A stretch of 64,000 nt of DNA. It comes from Octopus vulgaris. Taxonomy: Eukaryota. Below the pieces are notes generated by a model. That model did no database searches and was not told where the DNA came from. It saw only the letters and a program-made list of their open reading frames with translations. The first letter of the stretch is position 1. Every line of letters begins with the position of its first letter. Location: contig OX597832.1 of assembly GCA_951406725.2 (NCBI GenBank), positions 16,492,001 to 16,556,000 on the forward strand, written 5' to 3'. Shown here piece by piece: positions 42,751 to 55,000 of the stretch. Position numbers and translations under genes: made by a program.

Positions 42751-42850
42751 TAACAAACACACACATACACACATACACACCCATATATAGATATATATAT
42801 ATAAATATATGTATTTATATATATATATACATACACATATATAAATATAC

Positions 42851-43232
42851 AGGCATGGCTGTAGGTAAGAAGTTTGCTTTCCGACGACATGGTTCCGGTT
42901 TCGGTACGACCAAAGTGAATTTAGTTAACGAAAATCGAAAGATGCCTGTCATATATATGCATACATACATGTGTGTGTGCGTGAGTGTATATACGTATGT
43001 ATCCCTCCCTCTCCCCCTCTCTCTCTTTCTTTGTGTTTCTCATCTCATCACCACCGCACGTCACGTCTTCGTGTGTTTACGTGCCCGTAACCTAGCGGTT
43101 CGGGAAAAAGCCTTCGATGGTATAACAAATAGGCTTAAGTCCCGGATATGATTTGTTCCACTACAACCCCCCAAAGCGCTGCCCCAGCATGACAGCTGTC
43201 AACTGACTAAAACAGGTAGAAGAATAAAAGAA
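42851..43232 (+). mobile_element. Diverged SINE A
   Basis: GGCTGTAGGTAAGAAGTTTGCTT...GTGTGTTTACGTGCCCGTAACCTAGCGGTTCGG...CCCCAGCATGAC. Confidence 0.7.
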
Positions 43233-44102
43233 TACCTATATTATACATCATAACTATATCTTAATACGTAGAGATAGAAAAATACATTCATACATACATA
43301 CATACATACATACATACATACATACATACATTGACGGAGATGCATGGAGATTAACAGATAGACTGATAGATAGGCAGACAGATTAGTAAACAGATAAATA
43401 AATAGATAGATAAATTGATAGACAGATAGATATTTATAATGATAAACAGACTAAGCAAAACAGAAATATCAGTATGTAGAATCGTAAAACCTGCGAGTGC
43501 GTAGTTTACCTTTCGAATTACGTGAAGAGATTGTCCTTTGGCTGTTCGAAATACAAATATCAACGATTACCTTTCACGAATATCATTACCGTAGCTACGT
43601 AATGGCATTCTATATCCTAAAAAGGTGAAGAGTCATTTACAGTAGAAAGTAAATATCTGATTATGTATTTGTACAGAATTTGACTGGCGGCAGATCGGTG
43701 CTGCTTGCATACATTTAAATATACTGTAAATACAAACTTGCGCTTACACAAGCAGAAACACGCACTCAGGCAAAAGCGAAAATACCCACGCTCAAAAATC
43801 AATCACGCATACAGAGAAAAACGCATTCACACACTCACATATACCCACAAAAACACGCATAAACACTCACACTCACACACGAAGAATTACTCTCTCTCTC
43901 ACACACACACATACAAACATACAGGTATTTGTATGTTTTTTATATTTTTATGGACGAATACAGTAGACTACTTGTTTCCGCGCAGCCGTGTTTAGGAATA
44001 CACATATACTTATACAAATCTGTATACATGTGTATACTTGAATTCCCGCAGAAAAGACTAACATATACACGTGTACTAGCATACAGATACACACACACAA
44101 AG

Positions 44103-44172
<70 letters not shown>

Positions 44173-44232
44173 TTGGCTAGATAGAAACGTACATGCAAAT
44201 GTATATGTGTGCACATATATAGATATATATAA

Positions 44233-44350
<118 letters not shown>

Positions 44351-45207
44351 TATACATGTATGCATCAAAATGTGTAATACCTACATACTTATGTATGTGC
44401 AGTGTGTACCTATATCTGCGTGGGTTTAGTTTAACTTGCTACATATACACAGCTCTATCGCTCTTCCTGTACTTTTTATTTGTTAATTTCCTTGACGCTT
44501 TAAGTATGATTTATCACTAGTGTCATGTAACCTTTTGAATTCATAAGAAATTGAATTCTATAGTCAAGTTAAATTCCGATGGTGTTGACCCAACATAAAG
44601 ACACACAAAATAACGAACAAAATGAGAGAAAAATATACAGAATTTTATTCATCTGACAACTTGTACGCTTTCCTTTTTTTTTTTTTTTTTCAGGATTATT
44701 TTTTTTACTCTGAGTCGCAAATTCTATCAAACTAAGGACGGGAAGATGTGAATACCGTCAGACATAGAAACAAACAATCGACAACATGATCATCGCTGGT
44801 CCCACTAATCCAAATAGAGAGAAGTTTAGACTGAGTGGAAGACATAACTTTTCAAGGAACGAAGGTGAATAAAAAAAGTTAATGAATAAATAGAAAATGT
44901 TTGTCCACGAAATTGCACCCACATTTTCACACAAGCAAACCCTCGCTCACCGGAAAGATTGCCTATGTTGTATAAGTATTTAAGTAAATATGTATGTGTG
45001 CGTATGTGTATATTATATATACATATATATACACGGTTGTGTCTGAAGAGAGTCATTTTCTTTTTGTGCCTTATAATCTAACACACTCACCGGTAAAATG
45101 TCCACTTATTTCATACATTTTTATTTTCCTAAAAATTTCGTTGCGTCTTTCAACCTTTTCAATAGTTTTGATTCTGTCCGTTAGTTACACAGCACGAAAT
45201 ACACATA

Positions 45208-45243
<36 letters not shown>

Positions 45244-45264
45244 TTTGTGTGTGTATATGTATGT

Positions 45265-45301
<37 letters not shown>

Positions 45302-45935
45302 CATGTATATATATATATAATTAGATAAATACCTACATTCATACATACATACATACATACACATATATATAAACAAGGTAGTAGAGGGGAATATTTTAAA
45401 GAAAGTAATAAAAATAAATAAAATAATTTCAAAGGAACATATCGTATCCAGTTGAGAACAAAAATCGTAAATGAATGATAGTAACTCACGAAAGATAAGA
45501 AAAAAATTTATAAATATTGATCGAAAGATCTATAAAAATGCCTTAAGATGCAAATATGTAAGATTGACGTAAGGAAAAATACTAAATAAGAAAGGAGACA
45601 GAAATACGAATTTACAGAAGGACTGAATAATCCACTTGAATGTTACAACACTTATTCTAGTTTTCGTTAGTTTACATAGGAACTATAAGAGCGAGATGAT
45701 TTGCATCTTCGGACGTCTCAACAAGAAAATGAGTTGAGCATAACGGGATTTGAATGCCCTTTCGTTGGCACCGATATTCACACAAACACAGAATCACAGA
45801 ATACACACACAAAAAACATACACATAAACACACAAAGAGCAGGCATACACACACACACAAATGCACACACAATGTATGTGTATATATATATATATGCAAA
45901 AGCAAGGTTGTATTGTGAAATTATTCTCCTCTCTC

Positions 45936-45942
45936 TCTCTCT

Positions 45943-45991
<49 letters not shown>

Positions 45992-46351
45992 AGCAGTTTG
46001 TCTGTGCGTGTTTCTGTGTGTCTGTTTGCTTGTACCTTCACCCTGACCACGGCTTTCAACCGATTCTGATGAAACTTGACACACACATAGCCCAATGTCA
46101 TAATTCAAAACTAACGCAGCGAAAATTTTGAAAAAGTTCCCCCAGTTCTGAAAAAAATCGATAAATTCGACATGTGGTCCAGAATCAGAAACACAAACTG
46201 TCTAGGGGACGCAACTCCACCTTTTTTAACTAAAAAAATAAATTACCATCATTTCTTCCCATTTTTTTGCTATTTTTTGGCTATAACTCTCTAAAAATGC
46301 TTTATAGTTATTTCCCTTACAAATCTGAGCAACGCCGGGCGATACTGCTAG
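45936..46351 (+). mobile_element. Non-autonomous Helitron
   Basis: Starts TC..(TA)n and ends with a GC-rich subterminal hairpin (TCTGAGCAACGCCGGG) followed by CTAG at 46348-46351 and then T. Confidence 0.75.
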
Positions 46352-46559
46352 TATATATATATATATATATGAAGAAAATGGATATAATAAGGGGAAACAC
46401 GTGGTTTTCGCTGGTATACCTTTAATTTAATTAGATAACAAAGGAGGAAGCAGAGATGAAGTTTTGTTAATATTGTTAATCTTATTTAAATACTAATAAC
46501 ACAGATTACACAAATAAGTCACAAAACAACAGCAGGTACAAAACATATACATCGGTATC

Positions 46560-47520
46560 TATAACGCTAAAGTCACCCAACGAACTAATATGAACCCTAT
46601 TAATAGTAAAATAAAACTAGGCTCTTGAACGCACATGAACCCTACTATGATAACACCGACAGAACAGACAAAAGCAACATGAAAGTAAAACGTAACTCTG
46701 GATATAACCAAGATACATACAGCCATAACTTCACACAATCGCGAACAAAGAGGGAAGATTCTATACTAGGAAAAACAGAAAAAATTAACAAAATAGCGGT
46801 AATATCTTGGTCGTAATCCCCTACACCATGCACGTCATATCAAATATAGTTTGCTCATTAATGAAAACGATAGACAAACACCTAAATGTTCATAATAAAT
46901 ACGCAGAATTATTTAGGAATAAAATCAGAATAGGCCACTGTCTGACAAACAACTTAGCCACAATAATAGACTCAATGAATAATTTTTTTAAAATTGGCAA
47001 ATTTTATGGAACTAGAAAGATTGCAAGCAATATACATAATAACCAACCAACAAATAGGACTAAGCCCCCCACTAACGTGACACCTCCTGCTAGCTTAGGT
47101 ACAGACCTACATAACAATTGCCTCCAAAATACAACACGGACATAGATACACGTAGCAATTTATGCGACTGTAGGGATAGAAAAATGTACCATTTCTCAAA
47201 TAGATGCAAGACAAATAAAGTAGTTTACCAATGACGACGTTCGCACAAATAACCAGACGGAATCATATATTAATCATACACTAAGAACCAAATGAATCTC
47301 AGATATAGTGCACACCAATCGAGCTTCAGAAACAGAAATAAGGCTAACTCAACAGGGCTAAGTACATACATTTGGGAACGTAAGGATTTTAGCTTAAACT
47401 GGCGTATACTAATACAAAACAAACCTCCTACACCACCGCAAAGAGACGCAAAAGTTATTCTAAAAGAACGCTAATAATGAAGAGACTCGAAAGAAAATTA
47501 TTAGCTAAATGTTTCCCTTT
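46560..47520 (+). mobile_element. Decayed Penelope-like element: RT thumb, Cys linker and GIY-YIG endonuclease
   Basis: PYTMHVISNIVCSLMKTIDKHLNVHNKYAELFRNKIRIGHCLTNNL (WFNPPY..IDKHF..YSC-like). At 47154 hand translation gives LCDCRDRKMYHFSNRCKTNKVVYQ, then ESYIN and LRYSAHQSSFRNRNKANSTGLSTYIWERK..LNWRIL. Confidence 0.8.
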
Positions 47521-47958
47521 TAATGAGCAAATAAACTAATTTTTATTCGTAATTCGTAAAAGAATGCATAATTATATATCTTTAATACGTACAGAAAACA
47601 CGAGCGAGCGCCATCTTTATACATTACGGATCCACATCAAGCAGGTGAACTGCCCTTTTTATCATGTAAGAAGTCCTGTCATCTGTTTGCTCTCTGTGTA
47701 TAAATCTTTATACATACATATATTTTAAAAATATGTTGTAATATGACTTTTAGGCATGCAAACCAATGGAAACATTCTTTTGGACATCTCTACTATTCGT
47801 GAGTATAAATTGCATCTCCTCAACACCAATAAATAACTTTAGCGGAATTTCATTTGAATTTATTCGGTATTTGTGGAATGTATGTCGTCTCCCTTTACTT
47901 TTGATACGGCAATATCATTGTCTTGCTGAATTTTTGATACGGTGAATTATAGATTTGT

Positions 47959-47959
<1 letters not shown>

Positions 47960-48033
<74 letters not shown>

Positions 48034-48096
48034 TATTGTTATTATTATTATTATTTTTGTTATTATTATTATTATTGTTATTATTATTAATATTAA

Positions 48097-48139
<43 letters not shown>

Positions 48140-48149
48140 ATTATTATTA

Positions 48150-48223
<74 letters not shown>

Positions 48224-48265
48224 GTTATTATTATTATTATTATCATTATTATCATCATCATCATT
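47960..48265. repeat. (TTA)n microsatellite
   Basis: Direct reading. Confidence 0.95.
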
Positions 48266-48889
48266 TTTATTAGTTTTGCCGTTTTTCCAATATCTGCAAC
48301 TTCTAGAAAGAATTGTAGAATTATAAAATAAATGTTATCATGGAGATCGGATCCTATAAGATGATGTGCCTACTTCTGCAACAGTAGATACGATATATGT
48401 ACACTTCAATACATTGCATGTATAATGAAATACTAGTATCATACACATTTTTATGCATATATTCATTTTATGCATATATTCATTACGTACATATCCTTAT
48501 CATTCTTCTTATATATATTTATTCTTAATTTTAATTTACTTCTCCATTTGCTTACTCAAGGTTTCTATTTTAATTACAATATTTAATTTTGTCTGTCTTG
48601 ACTCATACAGTCGAATTAACAAATATAATATCCATATGCGGATATAATTCCTGTATGAGTGTGTGCCAGTGTGTGTTTGCATTTGCATGAAACAGGCCTC
48701 TTTGTATGTATGTATGTATGTATGTGTGTGTGTGTGTGTAGCTGCTTGTAAAATAATGTATTGTGGATGTATGTTTATCGAACTAAAACTCACTTCTCCA
48801 AGATATATGCTGCTTTTATCAAAAGAATAATTGCAGAGTAAAAGCATGAAACTGCATTAAACAATAATTTGACAACAATAACAGTAGCA

Positions 48890-48956
48890 AAAATAACTAC
48901 TACTGCAGCGACTACTAATACTACTGCTACTGCTACTACTACTACTGCTACTGCTG

Positions 48957-49004
<48 letters not shown>

Positions 49005-49097
49005 GTATTAATACTACTACTACCATTGCCAGTGATAGTATTGCTGCTACAACTACAACTACTCATACTACCACTAATACTGTTGTTGCTACTATAA

Positions 49098-49146
<49 letters not shown>

Positions 49147-49168
49147 ATTATTATTATTATTATTATCA

Positions 49169-49200
<32 letters not shown>
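48890..49200. repeat. (CTA)n then (TTA)n microsatellites
   Basis: Direct reading. Confidence 0.95.
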
Positions 49201-49410
49201 TTATGTATGCCTTTTTGCTTTGATTTTGTACAATTTGGTTCCAAGTTTCACCCAGAGACCTCAAGAGACAACAAGTTAGAAGCTCATGTTGGTGTTATGC
49301 CTAGGGTGCCATATATTTGGTTTTGTACATAGTATTGTTCTAGACAATGTTTAAGAAACCATATGAAAACTATGAATTTGTTTTAAAATTTGGGATTACA
49401 TAGTCAGTAA
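49200..49410 (-). mobile_element. Probable LINE 3' UTR ending in (TAA)n (R4/Dong-like)
   Basis: Minus strand GAGGTCTCTGGGTGAAACTTGGAACC...AAAGCAAAAAGGCATACA runs directly into (TAA)n. The clade assignment is inference. Confidence 0.4.
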
Positions 49411-49419
49411 AATGTATAT

Positions 49420-49707
49420 AGTTTTTTTTCGTGCCGATTTTCATGTCTTACCCAAGATAAAAATGTACATCAAACATCGTCGTTTTAACACCGTTATAGA
49501 GAACCGGAGCGAATCGCAGAAAGCCCTCGACGCGCTTATGGAAAATAACTTCCTTGTCAGCTTCCATAATGGGAAAGTACTTTTGACCCGGTATATTGTT
49601 GCGCGTGGTGTCCATTTCGGTGGAGGTGATGCAAAAACTTAGGTAAATAGGTACATTTTTTTTTACTAAAGATAACTAATTGCATAACATTTTGATACCA
49701 CTTCGTA
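49420..49707 (+). mobile_element. Mariner transposase C-terminal remnant with right TIR
   Basis: ADFHVLPKIKMYIKHRRFNTV..ESQKALDALMENNF..YIVARGVHFGGGD matches DFxLFPKLK..GxRF..CIxxxGxYFEG. Ends TTTTGATACCACTTCG-TA. Confidence 0.7.
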
Positions 49708-51235
49708 GTTCGAAAGTCCGTGTAAACGTATTAAAAAAGAACGGCAGAGACGCTGCACTGATGGAAGTGCAATAATTCCTACATAAAATAGTTAAGAGAA
49801 TATTGTTCAAAAAATGGTATAGCATGGAGCGAATCTTCCTACATATCAAGAGAATAAAGCTTCAAACACATTTGAATAAATACGAGCTCTGACACTCTTG
49901 TAAATCACTATCACTATTTGAAATTAAAGCATTACTCTAGGGACGCAGAAAATGAATAAAGAAATACTTTTATTCACGATCAAAGACATAAATGGTAAAT
50001 GAAAAGAAATAAAAGTGAACCACATATAAAACCGCAGGTATCACACCAAAGAATACTTCATAAGCTCGTTCACACTGTGATTCGTGATGAGATGGCAAAC
50101 TCTATGTGGGGATAAAAAGCCTGGTGTCAATATTTAGTTCAATGAATATTATGCTTATATGCCTGATTTGTTCCACGACTTCTAACTAGATGAATTCTTC
50201 GATTGGTTGCAAATGAGAAAGCGCCTGGACAAGAAGCAACGCGTTTCTAACGATTGACCATCGTTCATGCAAAATACAAATTTCGACATGTTTGCCAAAA
50301 TGTTTCCAAATTGTTTGGAGTATGCCACTGGTACCCTGCCTTACCTACAACAATGTCTGATTCATGATACGATAGAGAGAATGTGAAAATCCTTCTTGTT
50401 ATGTATGTGGCTATTTATAGGATATAAACCTATATCAATATAAAAGCTTTTGATTAGTTCAGCCAGTGATACTTCCGTTTTGCCTTCACTGGATGGGTTG
50501 CAGCATAAAAGGGAAACATTTGGTCGGTGATCAGAATTAATGGTTACCAATCTAAGTCATTTGAACGCTAAGTTTCTCTTCGTTTACTTCTATCGTTTAA
50601 TCAGAAATATATTACTCTATAGCCATGTGGAGCTTCACACAGGATTTGGATGTAGATGTGTCAGAGTTTACGGATAGGGCTACGTAATAATGCCGGGCAC
50701 CACATCCAGATTTTCGGCAGTGGGCTATGTGTACAAGAGGACGTAGCGGAAAACAAAATCAACAAGGAGTCATGTATCATTACGCATCTACGAATGAGAT
50801 CGACGTATTATAAGAGCGCCATTTGAGTATGAACTTAAGAACTGGTTGAATTTTTCTAGAACTGCGTGGGCGAGAACTGACATAGGGCAGAAATTATTTG
50901 AGAGAAATCTATAACTAAAACGTCTCGCTGAAGGTGTGGATGCCAGTATTCTGTTAATCATATCTCGTTGACTGTTCAAGAACAGCAATGGTGCCAGAGA
51001 ATATAGGAACAACATAATAACGACATCGACGACTACCACGACAACAACATAATTAGAAGAGATTCATAATTTTAGTTGATTTGGGCACGAAACCAGGAAT
51101 TTGAAACGAAGAGGATAGTCGATGCCATTGTGCTCTATAACATGAATGATACTTCTTTTGATAACCTGTGGACCCACGAAAGTTCACGTGCATTATGTCC
51201 AGATACGAATTCAGAACGCGCAGTGCAATAAAAAC

Positions 51236-51236
51236 T

Positions 51237-51267
<31 letters not shown>

Positions 51268-51455
51268 CAGCAGCAGCAGCAGCAGTAGTAGTGGTAGCAG
51301 CAGTGGTAGTGGCAGTAGTGGTAGTGGTAGCAGCAGTGGTAGTGGCAGCAGCAGTGGTAGTGGCAGCAGCAGTGGTAGTGGCAGCAGCAGTAGTAGTGGC
51401 AGCAGCAGTAGTAGTGGTAGTGACAGCAGCAGTAGTGGTAGTAGTAGTAGTAGTG
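51236..51455. repeat. (GTA)n/(GCA)n compound repeat
   Basis: Direct reading. Confidence 0.95.
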
Positions 51456-51639
51456 GGGGGGGGTAGGGATTTCAGACTTTGGCACAAGGTCATCAAGTCT
51501 AAGAGTAAAGGTAAGTCGTTTGCATCGACTCCAGTGCCCAATTACCACTTATTTTATGACCTCGAAAATGTGAAGGGCAATGTCGATCTCGGCGGAAATA
51601 GAACAATTTGATGATCATGATGACGATAACGGGAATACC

Positions 51640-51872
51640 TATTTCTTTATTACCCACAAGGGGCTAAACACAGGGGGGGACAAACAAGGACAGACATAGG
51701 TATTAAGTCGATTACATCGACCCCAGTGCGTAACTGGTACTTAATTTATCGACCCCGAAAGGATAAAAGGCAAAGTCGACCTCGGCGGAATTTGAACTCA
51801 CAACGTAACGCAGACGAAATACCGCTAAGCATTTCGCCTGGCGTGCTAACGTTTCTGCCAGCTCGCCGCCTT
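51640..51872 (-). mobile_element. SINE family B, full length, 14-bp TSD
   Basis: TSD ATAACGGGAATACC at 51626-51639 and 51873-51886. Confidence 0.93.
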
Positions 51873-52199
51873 ATAACGGGAATACCAATAGGGACGACAA
51901 AATGAAAGGCTGTTCTGATTGATAGAGAAGGACGTCATAGCGTGGTAGGCAGTAATGATAGAATTATTATAGACGTCACATTTGTATGGAAATTAATTAC
52001 TTTGAAAGGAAGTGTATTGACTTCTGTAGATGGAGAATATGTTGGCAGCCGAGCAAAAGGGATGCAGAATGTAGTCGTGGGGAACTAATGGACTGTTGTA
52101 TATTGATAATAGGATACTAAAGGAAGTACGAATAAGAGAAGAAAAAAAAAGGGTTTTGGCTGGATAGACTCCAAAAAGGCTTGCAAAAATGTTCCACAT

Positions 52200-53290
52200 T
52201 AGTAACTTATGAATTGCCAGAGGACGTTGGAAATGAATGGGAACATGCGCAGCATTTTGAGAAAAAGAAGAAACGGGAACGTGAAAAGCAGAAAAAATAT
52301 ATTTGGATATGAGTCATTAGGTAACGTAAAAATACACAGTGTGATTGCTAAATACAGGAGATACTGTTAGTAAAGTGATGCTGTGTTTAAAAATAATGCC
52401 CGTGTATTGTGAAGAGAGAATACAATTAGAGGTGAAAAATGGATACTGATACATAGGAGAATACAAGAAGCGAGAGTAGCACGAAACAACTAGGTTGAAA
52501 GAGAAAAAATTGCATGGGCATTTCAGTAAAAAAACTGTGAATGCTGGAACGCGTTTTCTGTTTGACGGACTAAAACGTGAAATAAGAAAGCGAGGCGCTA
52601 CTTAAAAATAACCAGAACAAGTCAGTATGAGAGATAGGGTGAGATAAACATTGAAAACATCTTAGCCAGAGAGCAAACGCAATATATGCGGGAAAAGTTG
52701 TGAATGTATTAGTTATCTTGTACATATATTCAGCAAGCTAACACGAAAAAGAATATGTATACATACATATACGCAGGCATGATTGTACAAGTGAAATGTG
52801 CACTGGGTCTTTAGCTGTGTGTGGAGATTCGATGTCGCAGTGGTTTGATATCACAGTGAATAAGGATTGCATGGTACTATGGGACTTCGCAGTAAATGCT
52901 GGTCAAACTATTGGAGTAAGAAGACTGGATTTGATTATAGTAGACAAACGAAGCAGTATGAGATGTTAGAATCTGTAATATCATATGTTAACCAATTAAA
53001 AAAAATAATAAATGAATGGACAATGTGAGAAATATTAGGAACTAAACGAGAAAGCGATTGTGGAAGATTAAGGGTATAGTAATTCCTGCAGTAATTTGCG
53101 CACTTGGCAGAAAAACACATCTCGTACGTAATATCCTGAAGTATATTGGAAGTGAAATTCAGATAGCTGACCTGCAGAAAAGCGCAATCCGGCATTTTGC
53201 AAGAATCCTATGAAAGATTCTTGACATTTGAAATAACTTGTTGTAAAGAAATCGTAATATTGTCAATGCCGCATTTAGTAATAAGAAAAA
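52200..53290 (+). mobile_element. Decayed R4/Dong-clade LINE C-terminus (zinc knuckle and restriction-like endonuclease), followed by (TAA)n
   Basis: Hand translation gives EKKLHGHF, GLKRE, ICGKSCECISYLV..SKL, RRHD, VHW and VLWDFAV..TIGVRRLDLIIVDK (RPD motif region). Confidence 0.65.
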
Positions 53291-53343
53291 TAATGACAAT
53301 GATGATGATAATAATAATGATAATGATAACAATAATAATGATG

Positions 53344-53428
<85 letters not shown>

Positions 53429-53478
53429 CAATAATAATAATAATAATGACAATAATGGCAATAATAATAATAATAATC
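53290..53478. repeat. (TAA)n microsatellite
   Basis: Direct reading. Confidence 0.95.
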
Positions 53479-54289
53479 GGCCTTTTAATTCCTTTTACTG
53501 AAACCATCTAAAATAATAGCATCAACGACAACAGTAACTACAATAGCAACAATAACAACAATCATTGTTGTTGTTGTTATTATTATTGATATTTCGACAT
53601 CATCGTCGTCATCATCATCATCACCATCATCACCATCATTATTATTAGCTAAGTGGATGTTTCTTTGATTCCATTGACCCCAGTATTCAACTTGTACGCT
53701 TATTTAGTCCCCCCCCCCCCAAAAAAAAAACGAAAGGCAAGGTCGATCTTCTCAACCAAGATGATTCCGACCTACTTATTCGTAGTATGGAAAGATTTGG
53801 GTGTCCATACAAAATCTTTCTACACCCCAAAACACAAACACGGAAGCTGTTGTGAGGATGACGATCTCGTCATCATATATATAATAAATATATTTATCAT
53901 AATTTCGCTAATGTTTATTTCACTTCTTGAAACAAAGGACAGCTTGAGATTGTAGATTATTTTAGAGCAAGGAAAAACGTTTTGTTACATACGTGTTTGT
54001 TGGCTAATGTTTTATGTAATTATTTAACCCCAAATAAATCCACGAGTGAACAGCTCTCATCAATCGTTTACTATCCTCCGATGCGTTAATTTGATGGCAA
54101 CGTTGCGCTATTTCCTTTTATTAATTTACATTACCTTTTAGATTCTCTCTCTTTCTCTTACATATATATATATATACATACATATATATAATATTAATTA
54201 GAGACAAAACCACTATTATGCAAATCAAACAAAGAAAGACTTAATCCAATACATAAAAAAATTTATATAAATAAATATAATTAAGATAT

Positions 54290-54335
54290 CCACTACGATC
54301 GTTTCTTGTCACTTCTATGGACATTCATCAGGTGG
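54290..54335 (-). ncRNA. Type I hammerhead ribozyme, near intact, in a pLTR-like element (54188-54342)
   Basis: Minus strand reads CCAC-CTGATGA-A-TGTC-CATAGAAGT-GACA-A-GAA-ACGATCGT-A-GTGG, with palindromic stem III and a GTA site. The element ends TAATTAATAT(TA)n. Confidence 0.78.
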
Positions 54336-54342
54336 TTTATAT

Positions 54343-54571
54343 CCATTTAGTGAAGATGTTGAAGAACTGTGGTCCTGTGAAACCCAAGCTGTTGCAGTAT
54401 CTGGACCTGTATTTTGACGGTGATGCTGGAGTCCTTGGCAACATGCAATGGCTCTCGTTCTGCGGTTGCGGTAACTTTGAATGCCAAAGTTTGGGACAGG
54501 ACCCTCCAGGATTTTCCAGATGTATATCACCGAATATCTCTCCCGCCTCCGCTCTAGGGAAAAGAGGTTTA

Positions 54572-54573
<2 letters not shown>
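54343..54573 (-). mobile_element. CR1-clade LINE fragment, second copy
   Basis: VLNLFSLERRRERYSVIYIWKILEGPVPNFGIQSY; homologous to about 55250-55480. Confidence 0.85.
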
Positions 54574-54649
<76 letters not shown>

Positions 54650-55000
54650 CTGTCCTTACCTTCGGAACACGCATGGAGTCGAACTAGGGACAGCTGATGA
54701 AGGGGAATTTTCCTTGTGTTATTTGTCTTGTACTCTGTTTTTTCGTTGTTAAAAAAGGTCCGTTTCCATGTATGTATTTACGTTTTCGTTTATCGTTGAG
54801 TTCTACGTCTATTGTGGTGTCCTGTACTCACGTATATATATTTATATATGCATGTATATATACATGTAGATGTAGGTACGTACATATATGTATGAATGTA
54901 TGCATATATTTTATTTTGCAAATTATTGCATGACTGAGCGCCCTCGCGTCGTTTCGTTTCCTTTCTGTTCTCCAAGTAAGTTTATATATATATATATATA

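Noticed and set aside
45030-45190. CTGAAGA in a repeat-like segment next to (TA)n
   Set aside because: No downstream stem II or GAAA, so no hammerhead can be built.
47232-47234. In-frame TGA after VVYQ in the Penelope remnant as possible selenocysteine
   Set aside because: A 1-bp insertion in TGC explains both the stop and the following frameshift, and the element is heavily decayed.
54645-54980. CTGATGAAGGGG at 54694 in a segment between (TA)n tracts
   Set aside because: Only the 5' half of a core is present, without GAAAC. It may be a truncated pLTR but was not counted.
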